From: an uncultured Candidatus Poseidoniales archaeon
GTDB lineage: Archaea > Thermoplasmatota > Poseidoniia > Poseidoniales > Thalassarchaeaceae
Assembly: GCA_964645485.1 (NCBI GenBank)
Contig: CAZXZO010000005.1
Location: forward strand, 10,290 to 74,289
Direction of reading: 5' to 3'
DNA: 64,000 bases
Part shown: in pieces, positions 35,505-46,431 of the stretch
Numbering within the stretch: the stretch's first letter is position 1
Layout: each line of letters opens with the position of its first letter
The notes under the pieces: model-generated
The model's database searches: none
Seen by the model: only the letters and a program-made list of their open reading frames with translations
What the model was told of the DNA's origin: nothing
Made by a program: the position numbers and the translations under genes

Positions 35505-36719
35505 TTAACTGGTTGAGAGGAATCTTTCAATTCTATCAAAAGCATCCTTCAAAACATCAATGTCAGGTAAGAAAACCATCCTGACAAATCCTTTTCCAAA
35601 CTCCGGACTAAATCCAGACCCATGAACCATGAGCACCTTTTCTTGGTGTAATAAATCTAGAACAAATTGCTTATCATCATCTTTCCAACGTGGGTGAGTT
35701 AACTCAACGAATAAATAAAACGCGCCACCAGGTGTCTGAGCACGCAAACCATCTATAGATGAAATGCGTTCCATGCAGTAGTCTCTTTGACGCAATAATT
35801 TATCACGATAGGAATCCATCCATTCATCATCCGATGTAAGGCCTGCAAGATATCCCATTTGTGCAGGTGTTGAAGCACATAGACGAGAACGCAAGAGTCG
35901 CTCAATGCCGTCGCGGACTAAAGAAAGTCGGCTGGCTGGATCGTAAAATGCCATGTAACCAATTCGCCAACCTGGCGCATAGTAGACCTTGCTTACCCCA
36001 TTCATTGTTAGAACTGGAACAGGACTCGCCGCTGAAGTTGCAGCACCTGCAACAGATAGATGGTTTCCTTCAAAATTCAATCCATCGTATATTTCGTCAG
36101 CGATGATAATACAATTTGGCCATTCTGCAGCAATTTCAATAATTCCTGATACTATTCTCTCGTCAGCAATTCCACCAGTCGGATTATTGGGATTAATTAA
36201 CACCAATAAACGAACAGATTCATCCATTTTAGAACGTATATCATCTAAATCGGGGTACCAACCATTTTGAGAGTCCATTCGATATTCAATCGTACTGCCA
36301 CCGTAAAGAGGGGGGTATGTCATGTATGGTGGGTAGTGGGGCCCCGGGGAGAGAACCTTGTCACCTTCTTGTAGAACTGCTGCAAAAACAATTTGTAAAG
36401 CCTCAGTTACACCATGACAAACGTAGACATCATCTTCTTCGCAAGCCCAACCTTTGCTTTGTTCAGCATTGGCGATTGCTCTACGAAGTTGTGGAATCCC
36501 ATACGAGTGTGAATAACCATTTTCTTGGGCCTCAAGCGAGTCTTGAAACGCCTTGACCATGTGAGTTGGAGTCGGTAATCCTGGATATGCTAACGGGTCT
36601 CCAATATTGAGTTTTAGAATTTTATGTCCCTGTTTTTCTAATTCTGTTGCGGGTACCACCACATCACGAATTGCGTACTCAATCTGGGCCGCTCTATCAG
36701 CTACAGGGATTGGTTCCAT
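35505..36719 (-). CDS. Class I/II PLP-dependent aminotransferase (alanine/aspartate aminotransferase-like)
   Basis: 'LNIGDP', 'LVLINPNNPTG', PLP-lysine motif 'NGVSKVYYAPGWRIGY'. 404 aa. Confidence 0.85.
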   Translation of the reverse strand: MEPIPVADRAAQIEYAIRDVVVPATELEKQGHKILKLNIGDPLAYPGLPTPTHMVKAFQDSLEAQENGYSHSYGIPQLRRAIANAEQSKGWACEEDDVYVCHGVTEALQIVFAAVLQEGDKVLSPGPHYPPYMTYPPLYGGSTIEYRMDSQNGWYPDLDDIRSKMDESVRLLVLINPNNPTGGIADERIVSGIIEIAAEWPNCIIIADEIYDGLNFEGNHLSVAGAATSAASPVPVLTMNGVSKVYYAPGWRIGYMAFYDPASRLSLVRDGIERLLRSRLCASTPAQMGYLAGLTSDDEWMDSYRDKLLRQRDYCMERISSIDGLRAQTPGGAFYLFVELTHPRWKDDDKQFVLDLLHQEKVLMVHGSGFSPEFGKGFVRMVFLPDIDVLKDAFDRIERFLSTS

Positions 36720-36755
36720 ATTGCTTCCTCATTCATCTCAAAGGGTATTCTGTTG

Positions 36756-37232
36756 TCACATTGTCGCTTGGTCGATTCCAGCCATTTTGCATATTTTTTC
36801 AAAGTATTCAGAAGGAACCGGTTGAACACTCAGGCGCTGGCCTTTCTGTAATAATGGCATTCCTTCCAATTCTTCAGTTGCTTTCAAGTCTGGTAAATTC
36901 AAAGGTGAGTCAAAACCAATTACTGGTTCGATGTCTACCATACACCAACGCGGATTTTCCACGGATGATTTTGGGTCATAATAATTTGATTTTTCATCGT
37001 GTGCTGTAAAGTCAGTATATCCTTCCTTAGCAACTCTAGCAATCCCAGCAATGTGAGGTGGTTTGCAATTTGAGTGATAAAATAGAACTAAATCACCAAT
37101 CTTCAAATCGTCTCTCATAAAATTTCTTGCCTGATAATTTCTGACTCCATCCCAGTGCGTCCGCCCATCCTTGACTAATTGCTCCCAAGGGTAAACGTCC
37201 GGTTCACTTTTCATCAACCAATAACGAGTCAT
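36756..37232 (-). CDS. EVE (PUA-like) domain protein
   Basis: 'YWLMKSEPDVYPWEQL...HWDGVRNYQARNFMRDDLKIGDLVLFYHSN...RLSVQPV' is the canonical EVE pattern. Confidence 0.8.
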   Translation of the reverse strand: MTRYWLMKSEPDVYPWEQLVKDGRTHWDGVRNYQARNFMRDDLKIGDLVLFYHSNCKPPHIAGIARVAKEGYTDFTAHDEKSNYYDPKSSVENPRWCMVDIEPVIGFDSPLNLPDLKATEELEGMPLLQKGQRLSVQPVPSEYFEKICKMAGIDQATM

Positions 37233-37282
37233 TGGCTGTCCGGGAGAGGTTCAGGTCTATTGCCTAAGCGATAGATTGTCCA

Positions 37283-40267
37283 TCACCACACATCATGGTC
37301 GGTTCGGTGAGTCGGGGATGCTAAGACAACTTCTTCATCCTCGCCTTGAGCGATTAATCGAGCCGCTCTAATCATTGAAGCAGAACCACCCACAAGCCCC
37401 ACTCCACTTTGAATCATCACCGTGAAAATTGCAGGTAACAGCAATAATGCCGATGAAGCAGCGAAAATCAGTAAAATGATGATAACTTTGACGAATGGTT
37501 TCAGCGCTGGTATCGGAATGAAGAAAGCTGTCGCTAATCCAGCACAGGTGACTACCACTGCTTCAATCAATGACATACCGGTTGTCGAACAGGCTTCCTT
37601 GACTGCCTCAATAGTACCTCCATTTTCTTTTACGCGATTGGCAATATGGATGCTAAAGTCAATCCCAACCCCAACCAAAATTGAGCCGATCATAACTGTA
37701 ACGAGTGATAAGGTGACATCCATTTGCTGCATCACTAACCACTGCATTGATACCGTAAATAATACAGGAATTGTCGTCAATAAGGCATATCTCGGGTCTC
37801 TAAACACAATAGATAGGGTGAACAGAGTTGCTGCTAATGCGAATGCTAGAGATGTCCACTGGGAACCAACAATCAGGTCATTCACAGCGATTGTGACGGC
37901 GGCTACGCCGATAAGTTGGGATGAATCAATGCCTCCTGGATAGTTCTGCTCAGCATAGATATTGACTTCTCCAACAGCGGCTTGAGTTTCCTGAACATTC
38001 ATGAAAGGCATATCAATGTAAATCAAACTCCTCTGATATGTTTCGTTAATGAATAATTGACGAGTTTCGTGAGTGAGAGATGCATAAAAGACATCCAGCA
38101 AGAAAATTTGAACTCTTTTATTTGCATCATCTTCTGTGTTGAATGTTGTCAATACTCTCCAAAATGTTGCATCCTGTTCTTCTTCTCTATCAAAGATTAC
38201 ATGGCAAACTTCCTCACCAGTTCCACCGGGTATCAGATTACAAAATGGAGTTACAGATGTTCCCGATAAGTTCACTGAGACTCCCACGGATTTCATCAGG
38301 AAAACGATACTTACTGCATTTGTTTTGTTGACTCCATCGGCCCTGCTTTCTAGCATCTCAATATCTTGTAGTTTGGCAAACGGGTCATCGTTTTCCGTGG
38401 TCGCATCATCTCTATCTCCTGCAACAGCACCATCAATTAACAACATTCCAATTTGGCCTGCGTTAAACTCTTCACTGTACTGTTTCATTTTCATTATTGG
38501 AGGCTGATTTTGAGGCGCCATGTCCAATAAGTCAATGTTTTCTTCGACTTGAGGTCTAGCCCAAACGGCTGACACTATCATTAAAATTAAGAAGATGCTG
38601 AGTGTGGCTTTTGCCCAATTAATCGGTTGTTCAACAACAAATTCAATTATTTTTGGTGGCGGGTGACTTGGCTTTTTCAGGTCTAATAACATGGTTAAGT
38701 TTGGAACCATTATCATTGTCAAGAAATATACAATAATGATTCCGCCAGCAAGAGCAATTCCAACAGTTTTAATCGGAGCCATTGGGGTAATTACTAGAGA
38801 AATGAATCCTATTACGGTCGTAATTGCGGATAGTAAAACCGCTTTTCCTGTTGATTGAATTGCAATGGCCATTTTTTCTTGCGGCGTCCCAGATTCCTCA
38901 GCATATCTATTGGTGATATGTAATCCGTATGAAACACCCAGCGCAAGGAGTATCGGACCCACAATGATAACCGTCATTGTCACCTCATAATCGAGATAGC
39001 CGATCAGACCTAATGTCCACCATACAGAACAGAGTGTTGGAAGCCCAGAAATGATGACTACCTTAATCCCCTGAATCACTCTAACCTTTCCAGTTTGGAT
39101 TAGGTCAGAGTGGAAAAGGAAAAGTCCGAATGCTACTGCAACTACACCTAGCGGAAAGATTTGCCAGAAAAGGACGAAAGAATATTTTGTCACCGAATTA
39201 GTGATTGGCACTGGTCCAGTTAGGGTCATTGTTAGACCGATACATTGTGGGGCAGTACCATTTTGCCCATCTGGTCTATCTTCACAAGCCGAAGTTTCTT
39301 CGTTCCAATTATTCTCAAACGAGGTTTGTTCAATCCAGCATTCTGTGTAGGTGATGATATCGGTGTACGCTTCGACTTCGCGTTGCCCGCCAGTTTTGCA
39401 AACCTCTGGGATTTCTGATGCTTGGAATCCAGTGTCAACAACACCCACGACAATTACTGCTCTATTTGGAAATCCAACTGTAGACAGGGCACCTGCACCT
39501 ACGTCGCGATAGAGTTTATCCTTGGCGTTGGGAGGTAATTCGCCAATGATTTGGTTTACTCGATTCTGGTCATCGGGGATGCTGTATCCGCCTAAAGTAT
39601 CCCCTAAGTCATCAATTTGGTCATTTATTTGTTGAGAAAGATTATCTCCGCCAAGAGCATTTGTGACAAACGCCTTTGCCACTCTTGGGGCAGATGAATT
39701 CACTTCTTTTACAACAGTAGATATTGATAAAATATAGATAATCCCATCTTGTTCACCACCATCTGAGACAACCTTGTTTAATTGCCGTTCAATTTTATCG
39801 AGCTGTTTCAGGACTTCGACATTTGTGACTCCTTGGTTCTCAGACTCTACATAGATGATCATTGCATTAGTTGTCCAATCTTCTTCAATAGTTGCTAAAT
39901 CTTCCTTGACAGTTGAACCTTCTGGGAGATATACCTCCAAGTCACCATTGACATTCAAAGACGAAGTTCCCGTCCATTTGTCTAGGACACCTGAGTGAAA
40001 GAGGAAAAACATGGTAATTAGCACACAGAGACCAACTGTTGGTGCTGGGAATCTAGTTAGTGACCCAAAAATTGTCATTTTTCGTAACTCTTTTTGAATC
40101 CTCCTAGGAGCATCCATTATTGCTTCCATTGCAATTTCGGAATCAAAGTCGCTGAGTTTACCTTTCACGATACTTGTGGTAGAACTTATTTTTTCCGTGA
40201 GTCGTGAGGTAGTGGGTTTGTCTGGGGTCTTTCTGTCCCCACCTTCCTCAGAGATGTCAGCCACCAT
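37283..40267 (-). CDS. RND-superfamily exporter (MMPL/COG1033-like)
   Basis: 994 aa with two 5-6 TM bundles, each preceded by a large extracytoplasmic domain. MMPL-like 'GVGIDFSIHIANR' and 'GVSYGLHITNRY'. Confidence 0.75.
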   Translation of the reverse strand: MVADISEEGGDRKTPDKPTTSRLTEKISSTTSIVKGKLSDFDSEIAMEAIMDAPRRIQKELRKMTIFGSLTRFPAPTVGLCVLITMFFLFHSGVLDKWTGTSSLNVNGDLEVYLPEGSTVKEDLATIEEDWTTNAMIIYVESENQGVTNVEVLKQLDKIERQLNKVVSDGGEQDGIIYILSISTVVKEVNSSAPRVAKAFVTNALGGDNLSQQINDQIDDLGDTLGGYSIPDDQNRVNQIIGELPPNAKDKLYRDVGAGALSTVGFPNRAVIVVGVVDTGFQASEIPEVCKTGGQREVEAYTDIITYTECWIEQTSFENNWNEETSACEDRPDGQNGTAPQCIGLTMTLTGPVPITNSVTKYSFVLFWQIFPLGVVAVAFGLFLFHSDLIQTGKVRVIQGIKVVIISGLPTLCSVWWTLGLIGYLDYEVTMTVIIVGPILLALGVSYGLHITNRYAEESGTPQEKMAIAIQSTGKAVLLSAITTVIGFISLVITPMAPIKTVGIALAGGIIIVYFLTMIMVPNLTMLLDLKKPSHPPPKIIEFVVEQPINWAKATLSIFLILMIVSAVWARPQVEENIDLLDMAPQNQPPIMKMKQYSEEFNAGQIGMLLIDGAVAGDRDDATTENDDPFAKLQDIEMLESRADGVNKTNAVSIVFLMKSVGVSVNLSGTSVTPFCNLIPGGTGEEVCHVIFDREEEQDATFWRVLTTFNTEDDANKRVQIFLLDVFYASLTHETRQLFINETYQRSLIYIDMPFMNVQETQAAVGEVNIYAEQNYPGGIDSSQLIGVAAVTIAVNDLIVGSQWTSLAFALAATLFTLSIVFRDPRYALLTTIPVLFTVSMQWLVMQQMDVTLSLVTVMIGSILVGVGIDFSIHIANRVKENGGTIEAVKEACSTTGMSLIEAVVVTCAGLATAFFIPIPALKPFVKVIIILLIFAASSALLLLPAIFTVMIQSGVGLVGGSASMIRAARLIAQGEDEEVVLASPTHRTDHDVW

Positions 40268-40487
40268 TACGCCCTGCCAACAAGTCCGCCTTTAATATCT
40301 CAGCCATATGGTCCTCAATATGTATGATTGAGGCGCCTTGGAAAAGAGCCAAATTATCATTCTCGAAGTAACCCAAGGTTGATGCTCTGTCTTATGCAAA
40401 AGCGGCATCCTCATGAATGGTGACTCAGCGCCCTTAGTTTGAGGATACTTGCAGTTGACGTGTGAGAGGGCCTTGGTGGGATAATTA

Positions 40488-42977
40488 ATGGCAGATCCGC
40501 GTATAACTGAGAAGCGATGGACAATTGACTTAGAAAAGCGAATCCAAGAAGAGCATTATTCTGACCCAGAACTCTACAATTCGAGGTACGGGTTCAACCC
40601 TAAATCGGAAAAAGAACTGTTTGTGATTGACACACCACCTCCATACCCTAGTGGTACTTGGCATATTGGAGCAGTTGCCCAATATTCTATGATTGATGTT
40701 ATTGCTAGAAGCCAACGTCTGATGGGGAAAGAGGTTTACTTCCCATGGGGTGTAGACAGAAACGGTATCAACATTGAATTCACCGTTGAGAAAAATACTG
40801 ATAGAAAAATGAAAACTTATGACCGCGCAGAATTCTTACGATTGTGTGAAGAAACAATTGAGGAATTCACTCAAGCTATGCGTGAAACGGCAAGCCGAGT
40901 TGGTTTATCATGTGATTTTGCTAAAGAATACCTCACCGACTCTCCTGAATATCGGGCAGTAACTCAGGCGATTTTCGTAGATTTATTCAAGCGGGGAGAA
41001 ATTGTTGAGGATTTGCGTCCAAATATTTACGACCCTGTAGAAGGAACGACAATTGCAGATGCAGAAGTTGAAAGGTTACACAGAATGACTCAACTTGTAG
41101 ATGTCAGATGGACAACCGATAGCGGAGAAGATATCACAATCTCAACCACTCGCCCTGAATTAATTTGCGCTTGTGGCGTTGTCGTGGTACATCCAGACGA
41201 TGAAAGATACCTGCATCTTATAGGACAACAAATACATCTGCCAGTAGACGTTCAAGGCCGTGGTACTAGCGTTGAAATTCTAGCCCATCCATCAGTAAAA
41301 TCCGATTTTGGTTCCGGAGTTTTGATGGTTTGTTCTTTTGGTGACCAAAATGACGTGGCTGTTTTCAGAGAATTGGGATTAACTCCTTTCCAAGCAATTG
41401 GATTAGATGGATGCATGACAGAAATTAGTGGGCCGTTAGAAGGATTGACTGTTCTAGATGCCCGCCAGGCTGTAATAGAAAGTCTAGAGGCATCGGGCAG
41501 AATTGTCTCCATTGAGGAGAGGCAGCAAGAAGTTCCTGTTTCTGAAAGAGGCAAAAATCCTGTTGAAATCATTTTGCTGAAGGAATGGTATATCCGTCAG
41601 ACTCACAAGCAAGACAGGATTGCTGAATTAGCTGATGAAATTAATTTTACACCGCCTAGGAACAAACAATTTCTGCTAGATTGGATGGAAAATATTTCAA
41701 TTGATTGGCCAATTAGTAGAAGGCGATGGTATCATACAGAGATTCCAATTTGGTACTCAGAGGACCAGCAGAAAGTCATTGTTCCTCCAATCGGCACCTA
41801 TGTTCAGCCATGGTGCGAATCACCACCTTCAAATTCAAGAGTTCTAGATAGGGAAACAAAAGAAGACCTAGGGGAATGGTCAGAACTGAGAGGTAACCTT
41901 GGGAATGTTGTAGGAGAAGAAAAAGTGTTCGATACTTGGATGGATTCCTCCAACTCTAATCTTTATGTTTCTGGGTATCTCAATGATAATGACACATTTG
42001 AGAGGGCGTTCCCTACAGGGTTACGACCTCAAGGTAAGGAAATTGTACGTACATGGTTGTACTACACTTTATTGAAATCTGCCCTTTTGTTTGACAAACC
42101 CGGTTTCAAGAATGTCTGGATTGACGGACTTGGGATGGACCCATGGGGTAGGAAAATGTCGAAGTCATTAGGAAACGGAATTGATGCTGATTCTGTTTTA
42201 GAATGTGGTGCTGGTGGAAGGACTGGTTCTTGGAAGGTCAAGGGACCAAATAAAACAGTCAATCTGAAAGCCAACAAAATAGGATCAGAATGTTTCCGAT
42301 TATGGAAGGCTTGTGATGCACAAGTTGGCGATGACTTCCAAATCAATCCCGAAGAAATTGAGGCAAAATATTACGGTGTTTTGACAAAATTGTTCAATGT
42401 GGCTAGGTTTGCTAGTCAGTTTGAAATCCCGGATGATTTAGATTCTGTTCCCGCTGACTTAAGCATGTCAGAACAATGGATCTTATCAGAATTTGCCCAA
42501 GTTAATCTGACCGTTCGGACTGCTTGGGAAAATATAGATATCTATACTGCTGCCCAATCTATCAAAAATTTTGGTACAGGAATTTTCCCAAGTCATTGGC
42601 TTGAAATGGCAAAAACAAGACTCTACGATGGGGACCTTGGTGCAGCATGGACAGTACATCGAATTGTAAGAGATTTACTAACTATGTTTAGTCCGATTTG
42701 TCCATTCCTTTGCCACCATCTTTCGTCAACATTGTACGGTGTATCTGCAGTTGATATCCGAGCGTTTCCAGAATTGCCAATTAGTGAATTGGGAGACTCT
42801 GAATTAGGAGAAAAATTACGCCAATATTCTCCAATAATTACCGAATTTAATTCAGATGTGTGGGCTGCCAAGAACGAGGCTGGACTAGGGAGAGGAAAAC
42901 CAATTTCAGGAATTGGGATTCCTTCGCAATTAGATGACTTCTCTAGCCACCTGATTACCATGCATAAACTTGAGTGA
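40488..42977 (+). CDS. valS: Valyl-tRNA synthetase
   Basis: 'IDTPPPYPSGTWHIGAV' (HIGH region), editing-domain 'TTRPELICACGVVVVHPDDERY', 'DWPISRRRWYHTEIPIWY', 'KMSKSLGNG'. Confidence 0.8.
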   Translation: MADPRITEKRWTIDLEKRIQEEHYSDPELYNSRYGFNPKSEKELFVIDTPPPYPSGTWHIGAVAQYSMIDVIARSQRLMGKEVYFPWGVDRNGINIEFTVEKNTDRKMKTYDRAEFLRLCEETIEEFTQAMRETASRVGLSCDFAKEYLTDSPEYRAVTQAIFVDLFKRGEIVEDLRPNIYDPVEGTTIADAEVERLHRMTQLVDVRWTTDSGEDITISTTRPELICACGVVVVHPDDERYLHLIGQQIHLPVDVQGRGTSVEILAHPSVKSDFGSGVLMVCSFGDQNDVAVFRELGLTPFQAIGLDGCMTEISGPLEGLTVLDARQAVIESLEASGRIVSIEERQQEVPVSERGKNPVEIILLKEWYIRQTHKQDRIAELADEINFTPPRNKQFLLDWMENISIDWPISRRRWYHTEIPIWYSEDQQKVIVPPIGTYVQPWCESPPSNSRVLDRETKEDLGEWSELRGNLGNVVGEEKVFDTWMDSSNSNLYVSGYLNDNDTFERAFPTGLRPQGKEIVRTWLYYTLLKSALLFDKPGFKNVWIDGLGMDPWGRKMSKSLGNGIDADSVLECGAGGRTGSWKVKGPNKTVNLKANKIGSECFRLWKACDAQVGDDFQINPEEIEAKYYGVLTKLFNVARFASQFEIPDDLDSVPADLSMSEQWILSEFAQVNLTVRTAWENIDIYTAAQSIKNFGTGIFPSHWLEMAKTRLYDGDLGAAWTVHRIVRDLLTMFSPICPFLCHHLSSTLYGVSAVDIRAFPELPISELGDSELGEKLRQYSPIITEFNSDVWAAKNEAGLGRGKPISGIGIPSQLDDFSSHLITMHKLE

Positions 42978-42981
42978 AGTG

Positions 42982-43974
42982 CTAGAAAATCTCAGGATTC
43001 AGCATTGATTTTGGTTTTCTACCGTCTAAGAAATCAACTAACAAAGCAGCCATCTCTTCGCCAATTCTAGATTGTGCCTCAATTGTTGCGGCACCAATGT
43101 GTGGGGTGCCGTGAAAGTTTTTGTGATGCACAATTGGGTTGTCTAAAGCAGGTTCTTCTTCAAACACATCAAGTGCGGCAGAGGCAACTATTCCTGACTC
43201 TAAGGCTTCCAATAATGCAACTTCATCAACAATTCCACCACGGGCACAATTTACGATATGGTTGCCACAAGGGACGTTGTCGATGCCAATCCCAGGCATC
43301 ATTTTCATTCTTTCAGCATTAACCAAGTGATGGGTTTCAGCAGTAAGGTTACAGTGAATTGAGATATGAGTACACAATCGAAACACTTCATCAATTTCAT
43401 CGTGTAATTGACAGTGCTTATCCGCTGCCACTTCTGCGCGGAGATACGGGTCATAGGTATGGAGAGTCATTCCTAATGATCGAGCTGCTCGGCCAACTCC
43501 TTGGGCAATTCTTCCAAAGCCAATCAAGCCTAACCTTTTGCCTGATAATTCAGTTCCTCGGAGTTGCTTTTTTTCCCATTTTCCTTCTCTCAATGTTCGG
43601 TCTCCGGTTGTGATGTGTCTAGCACATGCGAGCAGATGTCCAATAGTCAACTCAACAACTGCATGTGTAGAAGCACCCGGCGTATTACAAACTGCGACTT
43701 TATTTTTGGTTGCAAATGCTAAGTCAATGTTGTCTATACCTACACCTGCTCGACCTATCAGTCTCAGTTTGCCGTTTTTCCCACTAGAATTTTTTATGAC
43801 TTTTTCAGTCAATTTTGTTGCACTTCTAATTACTACTGCGTCAAATTCCGATAAAACCCCAGATTCTAATTCATCAGTGGAATAATGTTTCAATACAATT
43901 TCATGGCCTTTTTCTTGTAGATGATTTACAGCGGTTTCATCCATGCCATCTGTTACAGCAATTCTTCCCATCAT
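42982..43974 (-). CDS. serA: D-isomer-specific 2-hydroxyacid dehydrogenase (3-phosphoglycerate dehydrogenase-like, no ACT domain)
   Basis: 'VVIRSATKLT', 'IGRAGVGIDNIDL', NAD fold 'GLIGFGRIAQGVGRAARSLGM', catalytic 'NCARGGIVDE' and 'GTPHIGAAT'. Confidence 0.75.
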   Translation of the reverse strand: MMGRIAVTDGMDETAVNHLQEKGHEIVLKHYSTDELESGVLSEFDAVVIRSATKLTEKVIKNSSGKNGKLRLIGRAGVGIDNIDLAFATKNKVAVCNTPGASTHAVVELTIGHLLACARHITTGDRTLREGKWEKKQLRGTELSGKRLGLIGFGRIAQGVGRAARSLGMTLHTYDPYLRAEVAADKHCQLHDEIDEVFRLCTHISIHCNLTAETHHLVNAERMKMMPGIGIDNVPCGNHIVNCARGGIVDEVALLEALESGIVASAALDVFEEEPALDNPIVHHKNFHGTPHIGAATIEAQSRIGEEMAALLVDFLDGRKPKSMLNPEIF

Positions 43975-44081
43975 TTAGTGGCAATACTAGGGGTGACATC
44001 AAGATTGCTAAAGAACTGTTCACATAATGAAAGCAAGAATTGATATTGGGGGTCCTCTGATTGGCGGATTAGGGATGAACT

Positions 44082-44681
44082 ATGACCTTTGAATTACCTG
44101 AACTTGGATATGATTATGATGCGCTAGAACCTCACTTAGACGCACTAACTATGGAAATACACCACAGCAAACACCACAATGGTTACACCAACAATCTAAA
44201 CGGTGCTGTTTCTGGTACAGAAATGGAAGGGAAAACGATTGAAGATTTGTTGGCAAATCACACAGACAATTTGGCAGTTAGGAACAACGGTGGCGGCTTC
44301 TGGAATCATCGATTATTCTGGAATCTCATGTCTCCAAATGGAGGTGGGAATCCAACAGGTGCTGTTGCAGATGCAATCGATTCCGCATTTGGTTCATTTG
44401 ATGAGATGAAAGCCCAATTCACAAAAGCCGCAGTAACCCGATTCGGCAGCGGCTGGGCATGGCTTTCAGTTTCTGCTGAGGGTTCACTAGTTATTTCATC
44501 AACACCCAATCAAGATAATCCACTCATGGATGGAAGCGGCTCGCCAATTTTGGCAGTCGATGTTTGGGAGCACGCATATTACAAGAAATTCGGGCCTGGT
44601 AGAGGAGATTATCTTGCAGCATGGTGGAATGTTGTTAATTGGGATGCTGTTAGTGATTTATACCACTCTGCACTGCAATAA
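44082..44681 (+). CDS. sod: Fe/Mn superoxide dismutase
   Basis: '[30 protein letters not shown]' and 'DVWEHAYY' metal-ligand motifs. Confidence 0.95.
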   Translation: MTFELPELGYDYDALEPHLDALTMEIHHSKHHNGYTNNLNGAVSGTEMEGKTIEDLLANHTDNLAVRNNGGGFWNHRLFWNLMSPNGGGNPTGAVADAIDSAFGSFDEMKAQFTKAAVTRFGSGWAWLSVSAEGSLVISSTPNQDNPLMDGSGSPILAVDVWEHAYYKKFGPGRGDYLAAWWNVVNWDAVSDLYHSALQ

Positions 44682-44778
44682 ATGTGGATTCTGGAAAAAG
44701 TAAAGAACCCTGAAATATAGTAATTTTATCTCAACATTGACCGACCGCTTCATGAAGTGAAGCAATGGACCATACATT

Positions 44779-45996
44779 GTGAATTGGTCTGCGGATGACC
44801 CTAGCACCCTTGCAGTGGTGGTGATTTTACTAGTATCTCCAATCTTACTTGTTATTCCCTCACAGAGGTTGTGGAGGAGACTCGTATTGAAGTCTGAGAA
44901 ACACATTAAATACAGAAAAATCGTAAAAGGAATCCTTACTCATGGCTATCCTTTGCAAATATTTAGGGCATCTCTAGACAAAACTGCCAGGGGTTTCAAA
45001 TTAGATAAGAAGGAGCAAGGAAGGTTGGAAAGTGACATTCTCTATCCTTTGAATACTTTGCATTTTCTAATTTTACCTTCAATGATTTTATGGCCAATAC
45101 TCTCTATTTTTGCTGTTTTTTTGATATTACCACTGATTCCATTGCTTCGATTCACAGAATGGGTAATGATTGACAAAGGAGTTCTTGCCTGGATTGTGAA
45201 AGTGATAAAGAAATACACTAACTGGCAATTAATTGGCGTCCCAAAGTTATCTCGAGACGCGCGTAAGGGCGATGTTTGGATTCACGCTTTACATAGGATG
45301 CCAACAACTGTTCTCTTAGGTTTGTTCGCATATTTAGTCGTACATTATTTGGATTTTCTTCCAGATATATTCGCTTTAGCGATAGCTGGAGTTATCTATT
45401 TGTTATTGGCTTCTCTTGCAATAATTACGGCAGTAGCGATTGATGGAGAGTTAGCGTTCGCTGATAATGCACAGAGAAGGATAATTCCACTCGAGGCGAT
45501 TCTACAAGATTTGTTGACGCCGGTTGTTGGTGCTGGATTACTTGTCCTTATTGTTCGCCAAGTTTTCCTAACTATCAATTATCCTGGAGTTGGTTTACAT
45601 GACCCAATCATTTTTGCAATTTCGATAATGGTTGTTCTTTACACAGCTACTATTGTTGGTGCCCTGATTGAATGGGCTGTTGGCAGACGAGGTAAGATAA
45701 TTCGTAATTCTTTCCATAAACGCTTGATTGATGACGAGAACCCTGAACTTTATTCCTTCACTCGAAATAAAGATGGAAGCCTAAATCTGAGAAAAATTTG
45801 CATGCTTGAGGAATTCTTCATCAATGACCACCGATTCCCTGAGCAGTCATTAGAGGCATCAATCAGGTTTGAGGATTTAATGGCGTTACCTTCTCTAGTT
45901 GAGGAAGGTGTGGTGACTTTACCACCCAAAAAACCTGAGAGAAAAACTTCTGCGGTTCTAGGAGTAACTACCCCTGAAAACAATGCAGATGAGTGA
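44779..45996 (+). CDS. Hypothetical polytopic membrane protein
   Basis: 405 aa with 7 or more hydrophobic helices. GTG start in the track, so the start is uncertain. Confidence 0.4.
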   Translation: MNWSADDPSTLAVVVILLVSPILLVIPSQRLWRRLVLKSEKHIKYRKIVKGILTHGYPLQIFRASLDKTARGFKLDKKEQGRLESDILYPLNTLHFLILPSMILWPILSIFAVFLILPLIPLLRFTEWVMIDKGVLAWIVKVIKKYTNWQLIGVPKLSRDARKGDVWIHALHRMPTTVLLGLFAYLVVHYLDFLPDIFALAIAGVIYLLLASLAIITAVAIDGELAFADNAQRRIIPLEAILQDLLTPVVGAGLLVLIVRQVFLTINYPGVGLHDPIIFAISIMVVLYTATIVGALIEWAVGRRGKIIRNSFHKRLIDDENPELYSFTRNKDGSLNLRKICMLEEFFINDHRFPEQSLEASIRFEDLMALPSLVEEGVVTLPPKKPERKTSAVLGVTTPENNADE

Positions 45997-46008
45997 TTGT
46001 GTTTTGTC

Positions 46009-46401
46009 TTAACTAAAACTACTGCCACAACTACAAGCCTTCGAAGCATTTGGATTCTCAATCTTGAATCCGCCACCCATGAGAGAATCTTGGAAATCAA
46101 CTACGATGCCAGAAAGTAAACTGCTGTCAAAATCGGAAATTGCAATTGGGATTCCACTTACATCACCAAATTGGTGCCCTAATTGTTCGGGTTTATCACC
46201 AATTTGCATATCATACAGGTATCCTGAACATCCGCCGCGATGAACAGCAAGGGTCAGGACCACATCGCCAGGTTCAGAATTGAATATCTCCCTGAGTTTA
46301 TTGGCTGCAATATCTGTCAAAATCACATCAAGTGGTACGATTTCAAATTCTTCTCCCTCACTTGTTTCGGAGAGCACCCCACTATTTGCCGGACAATCCA
46401 T
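46009..46401 (-). CDS. Iron-sulfur cluster insertion/assembly protein (IscA/HesB/ErpA family)
   Basis: 'LAVHRGGCSGYLY' and C-terminal 'CSCGSSFS', the three conserved Cys of A-type carriers. Confidence 0.8.
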   Translation of the reverse strand: MDCPANSGVLSETSEGEEFEIVPLDVILTDIAANKLREIFNSEPGDVVLTLAVHRGGCSGYLYDMQIGDKPEQLGHQFGDVSGIPIAISDFDSSLLSGIVVDFQDSLMGGGFKIENPNASKACSCGSSFS

Positions 46402-46431
46402 GTTACTCCCTACCTCTGATGGTTGATTAAT

